From an uncultured Acidobacteriota bacterium (GTDB lineage Bacteria > Acidobacteriota > Thermoanaerobaculia > Multivoradales > UBA5704): 64,000 bases of DNA. Positions 20,301-25,546 of this stretch are shown one piece after another. How positions within the stretch are numbered: the stretch's first letter is position 1; every line of letters starts with the position of its first letter. Below the pieces are notes generated by a model. That model was not told where the DNA came from. It worked only from the letters and a program-made list of their open reading frames with translations, and did not search any database. The translations under genes and the position numbers were made by a program. The stretch is from the NCBI GenBank assembly GCA_963752235.1, contig CAVVXL010000001.1, positions 1,856,590-1,920,589 on the forward strand. Direction: 5' to 3'.

Positions 20301-23300
20301 AGCCGAAGTCGACGTCGGTGCGGTTCGCGCCGGCGGCGAGGGTGAAGGTCGCCTGGTTGGCCGTCGCGACGCCGTCGAGGTCGTAGGTCTCGGTGACCCC
20401 CGCCGGCAGCGACGAGACGCGCACCGTGTAGGTGCCGCCCGCCAGGTTGTTGAACGTGTAGTTGCCGTCGCCCGACGTGGTCGTCGTGCCCACCACGTTG
20501 TTCGAAGCGTCGAGCAACTGGACGGTGACGCCGTTGATCCCGGCCTCACCGGCGTCCTGGACGCCGTTGCCGTTGCTGTCGAGCCAGACCCGGTCGCCGA
20601 CCGAGCCGGTGTAGCGGTAGCCGAAGTCGACGTCGGTGCGATTGGCGCCGGCGGCGAGGGTGAAGGTCGCCTGGTTGGCCGTCGCGACGCCGTCGAGGTC
20701 GTAGGTCTCGGTGACCCCCGCCGGCAACGACGAGACGCGCACCGTGTAGGTGCCGCCCGCCAGGTTGTTGAACGTGTAGTTGCCGTCGCCCGACGTGGTC
20801 GTCGTGCCCACCACGTTGTTCGAAGCATCGAGCAACTGGACGGTGACGCCGTTGATCCCGGCTTCGCCGGCATTCTGGACGCCGTTGCCGTTGCTGTCGA
20901 GCCAGACCCGGTCGCCGACCGAGCCGTTGTAGCGATAGCCGAAGTCGACGTCGGTGCGGTTGGCGCCGGCGGCGAGGGTAAAGGTCGCCTGGTTGGCCGT
21001 CGCGATGCCGTCGAGGTCGTAGGTCTCCGCGACCCCGGCCGGCAGCGACGAGACGCGCACCGTGTAGGTGCCGCCCGCCAGGTTGTTGAACGTGTAGTTG
21101 CCGTCACCCGCCGTAGTGGTGGTGCCGACGATGTTGTTCGCGCCGTCGAGGAGCTGGACGGTGACGCCGTTGATCCCGGCCTCGCCCGCGTCCTGGACGC
21201 CGTTGCCGTTGCTGTCGAGCCAGACGCGGTCGCCGACCGAGCCGGTGTAGCGGTAGCCGAAGTCGACGTCGGTGCGGTTCGCGCCGGCGGCGAGGGTGAA
21301 GGTCGCCTGGTTGGCCGAGGCGACGCCGTCGAGGTCGTAGGTCTCGGTGACCCCCGCCGGCAGCGACGAGACGCGCACCGTGTAGGTGCCCCCCGCCAGG
21401 TTGTTGAACGTGTAGTTGCCATCGCCCGCCGTGGTGGTGGTGCCGACGACGTTGTTCGCGCCGTCGAGGAGCTGGACGGTCACGCCGTTGATCCCGGCCT
21501 CGCCCGCATCCTGGACGCCGTTGCCGTTGGCGTCGAGCCAGACGCGGTCGCCGACCGAGCCCGTGTAGCGATAGCCGAAGTCGACGTCGGTGCGGTTCGC
21601 GCCAGCGGCGAGGGTGAAGGTCGCCTGGTTGGCCGTCGCGATGCCGTCGAGGTCGTAGGTCTCCGCGACCCCCGCCGGCAGCGACGAGACGCGCACCGTG
21701 TAGGTGCCCCCCGCCAGGTTGTTGAACGTGTAGTTGCCGTCACCCGCCGTAGTGGTGGTCCCCACGACGTTGTTCGCGCCGTCGAGCAGTTGCACCGTCA
21801 CGCCGTTGATCCCGGCCTCGCCGGCATCCTGGATGCCGTCGCCGTTGGCGTCGAGCCAGACGCGGTCGCCGACCGAGCCCGTGTAGCGATAGCCGAAGTC
21901 GACGTCGGTGCGGTTGGCGCCGGCGGCGAGGGTGAAGGTCGCCTGGTTGGCCGAGGCGACGCCGTCGAGGTCGTAGGTCTCGGTGACCCCGGCAGACAGC
22001 GACGAGACACGCACCGTGTAGGTGCCCGGCGCCAGGTTGTTGAACGTGTAGTTGCCGTCGCCGGACGTGGTGGTGGTGCCGACGACGTTGTTCGCGCCGT
22101 CGAGCAGTTGCACCGTCACGCCGTTGATCCCGGCCTCGCCGGCATCCTGGACGCCGTCGCCGTTGCTGTCGAGCCAGACGCGGTCGCCGACCGAGCCGGT
22201 GTAGCGATAGCCGAAGTCGACGTCGGTGCGGTCCATACCAGCGGCGAGGGTGAAGGTCGCCTGGTTGGCCGAGGCGACGCCGTCGAGGTCGTAGGTCTCG
22301 GTGATCCCCGCCGGCAGCGACGAGACGCGCACCGTGTAGGTGCCGCCCGCCAGGTTGCTGAACGTGTAGTTGCCGTCGCCGGCCGTGGTGGTGGTGCCGA
22401 CAACGTTGTTCGCGCCGTCAAGCAGCTGCACCGTCACGCCGTTGATCCCGGCCTCGCCGGCGTCCTGGACGCCGTTGCCGTTGCTGTCGAGCCAGACCCG
22501 GTCGCCGACCGAGGCGGAGCCGCGATAGCCGAAGTCGACGTCGGTCCGCGTCTGGCCGCTGGTCAGGGTGACCGTGGCGGCGTTGGGAGTGCCCACGCCG
22601 TCGAGGTCGTAGGTCGGCGTCGTCACCCCGGCCGGCAGCGTCGCGGGGACGACCCGGACCGTGTAGGTATCGGCCGCGAGGCTGTTGAAGGTGTAGTTGC
22701 CGTCGCCGCTCGTGGTGGCGGTACCCACCAGGTTGTTAGACGAGTCGAACAGCTGCACCGTGACGCCGTTGATGCCGGCCTCGCCCGCGTCCTGGATGCC
22801 GTTGCCGTTGGCATCGTTCCAGACGCGGTCGCCGAGCGCAGCCGTCGCCGTCACCGGAGCGTGATAACCGAAGTCGATGTCGGTCTCAACGGTGCCGGCG
22901 GGAGCGGGGACGGTGGCCGCGTCGGGGGTGTCGATGCCGTCGAGGTCGTAGGTCTCGACCGAGCCCGCGGGGAGCGTCGTGGTGTCGACCTGGATGGTGT
23001 ACGTCCCCTCGGCCAGGTGGTCGAAGGAGTAGTGGCCATCCGCGCCGGTCACCGTGCTCTCCAGCGGGTTCCCGGAGTCGTCGTACAGGTTGACCGTGAC
23101 GCCGACGAAGCCGGGCTCATCGGGATCCTGGACGCCGTCGCTGTTGACGTCGTTCCAGACCCGGTCGCCGAGCGAGACGTTGCCCTGGTAGCCGAAGTCG
23201 TAGTCGGTGCGGATCTCGCCGCCGACGATGGTGAGCGCCGCCTGGTTGGGCGTCGCGACCCCGTCCTCGTCGAAGGTCGGCGTCAGGCCGCCCGGCAGCG

Positions 23301-25026
23301 TCGTGTCATCCACCCGCACCGTGTAGTTGCCGGCGGGGATGTTGGTGATCATGTAGTTGCCGTCACCGTTGGTCGTGTCCTGCGCGATGACGTTGCCGCC
23401 GCTGTCGAGCAACTGCACGACGACGTTGTTGATGCCCGGCTCGCCCGGGTCCTGCACGCCGTTGCCGTTGTAGTCGTTCCAGATGCGGTTGCCGACCGCG
23501 CCGGGCTTCTTGAAGCCGAAATCGCAGGTCAGCACGTTGTTGTTGGTGATCGTCGCCTGGCACTGCTCGGGAGTCGTCGGCGTGTAGCCCGAAAGGGTAC
23601 CGCCGCTCTCACCGTTGAAGTTGCTGGGCGCGATCTTGACCGTGTACGGGAACGCCTCGACCTCGAAGGAGTAGTGGCCGTCGGCGTCCGTATGAGTGGT
23701 CGCGACGAGCGCGTCGTTCTCGTCGAAGAGCTGCATCTCGACGCCGCCGATGCCGGGCTCTCCCGGGTCCTGGACGCCGTTGTTGTTCTCGTCGACGAAG
23801 ACCGTGTCGCCGAGCAGGTAGGGGTGCAAAGGCGCACAGGGGATCCCGGCCTGGCTCACGCAGAGCGCGCGGCCCGGCAGCAGCAGGGCGTTGAGGTTCT
23901 GCATGTCGACCCCCTGAATCCGCAGCAGGAAGATGCCGGGAGGGATCAGGTCGTCGGTGTGATAGTCCATCTGACTGCGATCGAAAGGATCGGTCGAAAT
24001 CTTGAACTGCTCCCACTCCTGGTTGCCCGAGGGGTTGTCGTTGGCGAAGGTGCGGCCGTCCGGGAAGATCAGGTCGTAGCGGATGGCCGGCGGCTTGGAA
24101 AGGTAGATCCCGGTGCCCGCCGGGCTGCGGTCGTCCGGAGGATTGCCGGTCGTGCCGCCGGAGCCCATGGCAACCCCTTCGGAAACCGTATCGCTGGTCG
24201 CCCAGACCGGCTTGAACGGCGCGTTGGGCGTATCCGGATCGTCGGTATCCTGGTTCGTGCCGTCGTAGCTGCCGTGATCGAAGTCGCCATCCCAAATGGT
24301 GATCGAACGCTGGCTCACCGCCTGTTCGAAATAGAAGTTGAAGTAGCCGTCGTACGTCGTCGGCGTGGCCGACGGAAAGCTCGGATAGACGATCTTGAGA
24401 TCGGAGTTTCCCGTCACGTTCGCGATATATGAAAACGGCTCGGGGGAAGGGAACAGGGAGGACCCGCCCACGTTGGCTCCACTCGTACGGAGCTTGAAGG
24501 CATTGAGGGTCACCGCCGGAGCTGTCAGCTTAATGCGCAGGAGATAGAAATAGTTGCCGCTCGGGGCCTTGGCCGACGGATCAGTATTGACGGTGTAGTC
24601 GATCCATGCGTTGTCCGGCATCGTAGTGGAGAGCTGGACCGACTGGCCGGAGAGCGGAGCGACCGTCGCCGCCGCGTGGTCGCGGTTCGGATCGGCATAC
24701 AGGGTGTAGCTGAAGACGGCGGGAGAACCCGTATCCCAATGGGAGAGAAGGGAGCTGTCGACTCCCTTGGCGTCGCCGTCGAAGATACCGACCGTGAAGG
24801 TCGCCGTCCCCTTGGGCACCGCGATCTCGAGATCTAGCGTCGGCTGGCTCAGGGTGACCAGGCCGGCGCCGTTGGCGATCGCGAGGAACCGCGCGTCCGT
24901 CGGATCACAACTCGGCAGGCAGTTGTAGGTGACCTGGGCCTGGACGGATACCGCCGCCAGGAACAGGAAGGCGATCAGCGCACCAAACTTCCATCGTAAA
25001 GACAGCATAAAAGAGCCTCCTCTCAT
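8398..25026 (-). CDS. giant secreted repeat protein (5,542 aa) made of tandem SdrD-B-like / Cna-B-type Ca-binding domains; putative adhesin/surface protein
   Basis: Single uninterrupted ORF. Signal peptide MLSLRWKFGALIAFLFLAAVSVQA; the probable true start is Met7 at 25008, preceded by GGAGG. About 38 repeats of ~115 aa (VGDRVWLDSNGNGVQDAGEAGINGVTVQLLD...GDGNYTF.NL..GTYTV...DFGY). Four ~175-aa insert domains. No recognisable C-terminal sorting signal. Confidence 0.85.
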   Translation of the reverse strand: MRGGSFMLSLRWKFGALIAFLFLAAVSVQAQVTYNCLPSCDPTDARFLAIANGAGLVTLSQPTLDLEIAVPKGTATFTVGIFDGDAKGVDSSLLSHWDTGSPAVFSYTLYADPNRDHAAATVAPLSGQSVQLSTTMPDNAWIDYTVNTDPSAKAPSGNYFYLLRIKLTAPAVTLNAFKLRTSGANVGGSSLFPSPEPFSYIANVTGNSDLKIVYPSFPSATPTTYDGYFNFYFEQAVSQRSITIWDGDFDHGSYDGTNQDTDDPDTPNAPFKPVWATSDTVSEGVAMGSGGTTGNPPDDRSPAGTGIYLSKPPAIRYDLIFPDGRTFANDNPSGNQEWEQFKISTDPFDRSQMDYHTDDLIPPGIFLLRIQGVDMQNLNALLLPGRALCVSQAGIPCAPLHPYLLGDTVFVDENNNGVQDPGEPGIGGVEMQLFDENDALVATTHTDADGHYSFEVEAFPYTVKIAPSNFNGESGGTLSGYTPTTPEQCQATITNNNVLTCDFGFKKPGAVGNRIWNDYNGNGVQDPGEPGINNVVVQLLDSGGNVIAQDTTNGDGNYMITNIPAGNYTVRVDDTTLPGGLTPTFDEDGVATPNQAALTIVGGEIRTDYDFGYQGNVSLGDRVWNDVNSDGVQDPDEPGFVGVTVNLYDDSGNPLESTVTGADGHYSFDHLAEGTYTIQVDTTTLPAGSVETYDLDGIDTPDAATVPAPAGTVETDIDFGYHAPVTATAALGDRVWNDANGNGIQDAGEAGINGVTVQLFDSSNNLVGTATTSGDGNYTFNSLAADTYTVRVVPATLPAGVTTPTYDLDGVGTPNAATVTLTSGQTRTDVDFGYRGSASVGDRVWLDSNGNGVQDAGEAGINGVTVQLLDGANNVVGTTTTAGDGNYTFSNLAGGTYTVRVSSLPAGITETYDLDGVASANQATFTLAAGMDRTDVDFGYRYTGSVGDRVWLDSNGDGVQDAGEAGINGVTVQLLDGANNVVGTTTTSGDGNYTFNNLAPGTYTVRVSSLSAGVTETYDLDGVASANQATFTLAAGANRTDVDFGYRYTGSVGDRVWLDANGDGIQDAGEAGINGVTVQLLDGANNVVGTTTTAGDGNYTFNNLAGGTYTVRVSSLPAGVAETYDLDGIATANQATFTLAAGANRTDVDFGYRYTGSVGDRVWLDANGNGVQDAGEAGINGVTVQLLDGANNVVGTTTTAGDGNYTFNNLAGGTYTVRVSSLPAGVTETYDLDGVASANQATFTLAAGANRTDVDFGYRYTGSVGDRVWLDSNGNGVQDAGEAGINGVTVQLLDGANNIVGTTTTAGDGNYTFNNLAGGTYTVRVSSLPAGVAETYDLDGIATANQATFTLAAGANRTDVDFGYRYNGSVGDRVWLDSNGNGVQNAGEAGINGVTVQLLDASNNVVGTTTTSGDGNYTFNNLAGGTYTVRVSSLPAGVTETYDLDGVATANQATFTLAAGANRTDVDFGYRYTGSVGDRVWLDSNGNGVQDAGEAGINGVTVQLLDASNNVVGTTTTSGDGNYTFNNLAGGTYTVRVSSLPAGVTETYDLDGVATANQATFTLAAGANRTDVDFGYRYTGSVGDRVWLDSNGNGVQDAGEAGINGVTVQLLDASNNVVGTTTTSGDGNYTFNNLAGGTYTVRVSSLPAGVTETYDLDGVATANQATFTLAAGANRTDVDFGYRYNGSVGDRVWLDSNGNGVQDAGEAGINGVTVQLLDASNNVVGTTTTAGDGNYTFNNLAGGTYTVRVVAATLPPGVAETYDLDGVATANQATFTLAAGANRTDVDFGYRLNGSIGDRVWLDGNGDGVQDAGEAGINGVTVQLLDAGSNVIATATTAGDGNYTFTGLAGGTYTVRIVTSTLPAGVAETYDVDGVATANQATVSLAPGANRTDVDFGYRTPPPVFTDCATGAAGDPAYNQFPSGHSFYLPGIGTDFIFTPIPGSFVANADGTAQLTGLLRSASNPNNAFTVVVHFTGYSASPPAGSPKKELLPPAYVENGGPVDPSTWFYYTGFTGTLTGIGNYAGAIIDMTQTGPAFEVGAGANGKNTHFGASGWFIWNVTSQPTVGANLLPTGQGDINIDLGDCPPATASVGDRVWLDTNGNGVQDAGETGINGVTIKLLDAYGVLVATTTTSGDGNYTFDTLIAGNYTVQVDAATLPAGVAETYDLDGVASANSASFSLATGAHRTDVDFGYRGTGSIGDRVWTDSNGNGVQDAGEAGINGVTVQLLDGASNVVATATTSGDGNYTFDNLNSGTYTVRVVAGSLPPGVAPTYDLDGIATANTATLTIAAGDHRTDVDFGYRATGSVGDRVWLDSNGNGVQDAGEAGLNGVTVQLLDASANVVATTATSGDGNYTFNNLAGGTYTVRVSSLPAGVAETYDLDGIATANQATFTLAAGANRTDVDFGYRNTGSVGDRVWLDGNGNGAQDAGEAGINGVTVQLLDGANNVVGTTVTAGDGNYTFNNLAGGTYTVRVSSLPAGVAETYDLDGIASANQATFTLAAGATRTDVDFGYRNTGSVGDRVWLDGNGNGAQDAGEAGLNGVTVQLLDGANNVVGTTVTAGDGNYTFNNLAAGTYTVRVSSLPAGVAETYDLDGVASANQATFTLAAGATRTDVDFGYKNTGSVGDRVWFDGNGNGVQDAGEAGINGVTVQLLDGSNNVVATTTTAGDGNYTFNNLAAGTYTVRVSSLPAGVAETYDLDGVASANQATFTLAAGTNRTDVDFGYRANGSVGDRVWLDSNGNGVQDSSEAGINGVTVQLLDSGSNVIASTVTAGDGNYLFGNLAGGSYSVRVVTATLPAGLAETYDLDGLGTANTASFALAAGANRTDVDFGYWTPPPGGSSCAMPSISDPALNNGPNGHSFYLPGIGTDFVFVPTAGGFTSNTDGTAHLTGTVRSKSDPNNAFTVDVQFSGYQSTPPAGSPKEELFASAYVANGGSIDPATWYYYTSYTGTLTGIGNYAGAVIRIDQTGPAFQVGAGANGKNGNFGGSGWYVWNVTSQPTAGANLQSTGQGDINVDLDGCSTVGSVGDRIWLDANGNGVQDSGEAGINGVTVQLVDAGGNVVAATITSGDGNYAFPATAGNYTVRVVPSTLPAGMTPTYDLDGIATANAASFTLAAGATRTDVDFGYKNKGSVGDRVWLDSNGNGTQDAGEAGINGVTVQLLDAANTVVATTTTSGDGNYTFDNLVAGSYTVKIVAASLPPGVTPTYDLDGVATANTASFTLAAGASRTDVDFGYKNTGSVGDRVWLDANGNGVQDSGETGINGVTVQLLDASNNLVATTTTAGDGNYTFSNLAAGSYTVKIVAASLPAGTAATYDLDGIATANQATFTLAAGASRTDVDFGYKNTGSVGDRVWLDANGNGIQDSGETGINGVTVQLLDAANNVVATTTTGGDGNYTFNNLAAGTYTVKIVAASLPAGTAATYDLDGIATANQATFTLAAGANRTDVDFGYKNTGSVGDRVWLDANGNGAQDAGETGINGVTVQLVNSGGTVVATTTTAGDGNYTFGNLAAGSYTVKIVPASLPAGTAATFDLDGIATANQATFTLTAGQNRTDVDFGYKNTGSVGDRVWLDSNGNGVQDAGETGINGVTVQLLDASNNLVATTTTAGDGNYTFNNLAAGSYTVKIVATSLPAGVAATYDLDGIATANQATFTLAAGASRTDVDFGYKNTGSVGDRVWLDANGNGIQDSGETGINGVTVQLLDAANNVVATTTTGGDGNYTFNNLAAGTYTVKIVAASLPAGTAATYDLDGIATANQATFTLAAGANRTDVDFGYKNTGSVGDRVWLDSNGNGAQDVGETGINGVTVQLVNSGGTVLATTTTAGDGNYTFGNLAAGSYTVKIVAASLPAGVTATYDLDGIATGNQAAVTLTAGQNRTDVDFGYKNTGSIGDRVWLDANGNGAQDSGETGINGVTVQLLDSSNNVVATTTTAGDGNYTFSNLAAGSYTVKVSGLPAGTAPTFDLDGIATANQATFTLTAGQNRTDVDFGYKNTGSIGDRVWLDTNANGAQDSGENGINGVTVQLVNSGGTVIATTTTAGDGNYTFSNLAAGSYTVKVSGLPAGTAPTFDLDGIATANQAAVTLTAGQNRTDVDFGYKNTGSIGDRVWLDANGNGAQDSGETGINGVTVQLLDSSNNVVATTTTAGDGNYTFSNLAAGSYTVKVSGLPAGTAETFDLDGVATANQATFTLTAGQNRTDVDFGYKNTGSVGDRVWLDANGNGVQDSGETGINGVTVQLVDASNNVVATITTAGDGNYTFSNLAAGTYTVKVSGLPAGTAETFDLDGVATANQATFTLTAGQNRTDVDFGYKNTGSVGDRVWLDSNGNGVQDSGETGINGVTVQLLDASNNVVATTTTAGDGNYTFSNLAAGTYTVKVSGLPAGTAETFDLDGVATANQATLTLAAGASRTDVDFGYKNTGSIGDRVWTDTNGNGVQDSGEAGINGVTVQLVNSGGTVIATTTTAGDGNYTFSNLAAGSYTVKIVPASLPAGVAATYDLDGTATANQAAVTLTAGQNRTDVDFGYRLTGSVGDRVWMDSNGNGVQDAGETGINGVTVQLLDSANNVVATTTTSGDGNYTFGNLAAGSYSVRVVTSSLPAGVVPSFDLDGIATANFASFTLAAGQNRTDVDFGYKTNGCAVGAPLDTVYGPSSGGQAFWFPGIVTDLVFTPNPGGFVANGDGTAHLTGTLRSVSDPTKSFTVDVAFSGLTNTVGSGSPKKELQASAYSENGGPVNTATWSYYTTYTGTLTGTGSYAGAVITIARTGPAFQTGIGANGKNVRFGGSGWFLWTVTHQPTSGSSFTTTGQGDINIDLDDCSTLGSVGDRVWLDTNGNGVQDSGEAGINGVTVQILDNNGVAFASAITAGDGSYTFDGIPAGTYSVKVITTALPAGVTPSFDLDGVATANKATFTLAAAQDRTDVDFGYKNAGSIGDRVWLDTNGNGVQDSGEAGINGVTVQLVNSGGTVIATATTSGDGNYTFSNLVAGTYTVKVVASTIPGGAAQTYDLDGLATANAATVTLAAGASRTDVDFGYRTSASVGDLVWFDLNGNGVLDSGESGLDGVTVQLLNSGGTVVATTTTSGGGLYNFSNLVAGSYSVRVVTSTLPLGGALSPSYDLDGIATANVAAFTLTGGQTRTDVDFGYKVNGCALAAALDATYGPSSGGQAFWFPGIVTDLVFTPNPGSFVVNSDYTAHLTGTLRSVSDPTRSFTVDVTFSGLTTAIGSGSPKKELKSTAYSENGGPINTASWYYFTSYTGTLTGTGSYAGAVVTIHNTGPAFQVGFGANGKNLNFGGSGWYLWTVTHQPTTGSSFQTTGQGDINIDLDDCGTLGSVGNRVWTDTNGNGVQDSGETGINGVTVQLLDSTGLAIASAVTATDGNYSFGGLTAGTYSVKIVTSTLPAGVTATYDLDGVSTAGKATFALTAGQSRTDVDFGYRGSLTIGDKVWNDTNSNGHLDSGEAGISGVTVQLLNSSGTVIATTTTNSSGSYSFGNLAAGTYTVKIVTSTLPAHWTETFDLDGLSTANQATFSLTASRTDVDFGYHCGS
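8401..23750. repeat. about 345-bp near-identical tandem coding repeats (with four ~525-bp interspersed insert units) inside the giant gene
   Basis: The same ~345-nt unit recurs dozens of times at high identity. It generates two giant spurious antisense ORFs (8410..16956, 17383..24432). Insert units lie at about 9050-9600, 10570-11120, 15950-16510 and 18770-19330. Confidence 0.8.
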
Positions 25027-25119
25027 CTCTCCAGACCCTAACCCGCGGGGCAGGTAGGGGATCTCAAAGCATGAATCGTAAAAGCAAAGGTAGTTTTACA
25101 GCCTGGCGTCAGGAACTCG

Positions 25120-25362
25120 TCAGCCGCCGGACCGTGGATTCTTCTTTTGTGGGGTCTCGTCAGCCCTTCCCTCCAGCACCGGCCGGCTGACCAGCTCGCC
25201 CAGCTCGCGCGGATCGCTCAGGTAGCGCTCCTCGCCCGTCTTCAGGTCGCGCACCATGTAGCGGAGAATCGGTTCGTCAGGGGGTTGCTCGCGAGGCTCC
25301 TCCCAGCAGCGGACCAGCCAGGACATCGTCAGACTTCCTGTTTTCGCTCTTCCTTCGCTCAC
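25120..25362 (-). CDS. small hypothetical protein (80 aa), uncertain
   Basis: ORF in the divergent intergenic region between the giant gene and the regulator. Composition is charged and non-repetitive (MSWLVRCWEEPREQ...LRYMVRDLKTGEERYLSD). No motif recognised. Confidence 0.25.
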   Translation of the reverse strand: MSEGRAKTGSLTMSWLVRCWEEPREQPPDEPILRYMVRDLKTGEERYLSDPRELGELVSRPVLEGRADETPQKKNPRSGG

Positions 25363-25546
25363 GGGGCATCCACCTCTTGGGCTGGTGAAGGTTTTAGGGA
25401 TGACTACGGTACGGACCAGTCTGAGCAGCGAGCGTCAGGGAAGCGTCAGGAGCCCGTCCATCGATGGGATACAATGGGATCCAGGCATTGCATGTCAGTT
25501 CGGTATTCGGAGTCCGGTCGAGGACCTTGCGCGAGGGAGTTTCATC

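Noticed and set aside
8410-24432. Two huge plus-strand ORFs (2,848 aa and 2,349 aa) antisense to the giant gene
   Set aside because: Their translations are Arg/Gly/Ala/Val-rich low-complexity strings produced by reading the GC-rich tandem repeats backwards. The minus-strand frame carries the signal peptide, conserved domain repeats and a downstream terminator. The same applies to the many 60-800-aa minus/plus ORFs nested in 8.4-25 kb.
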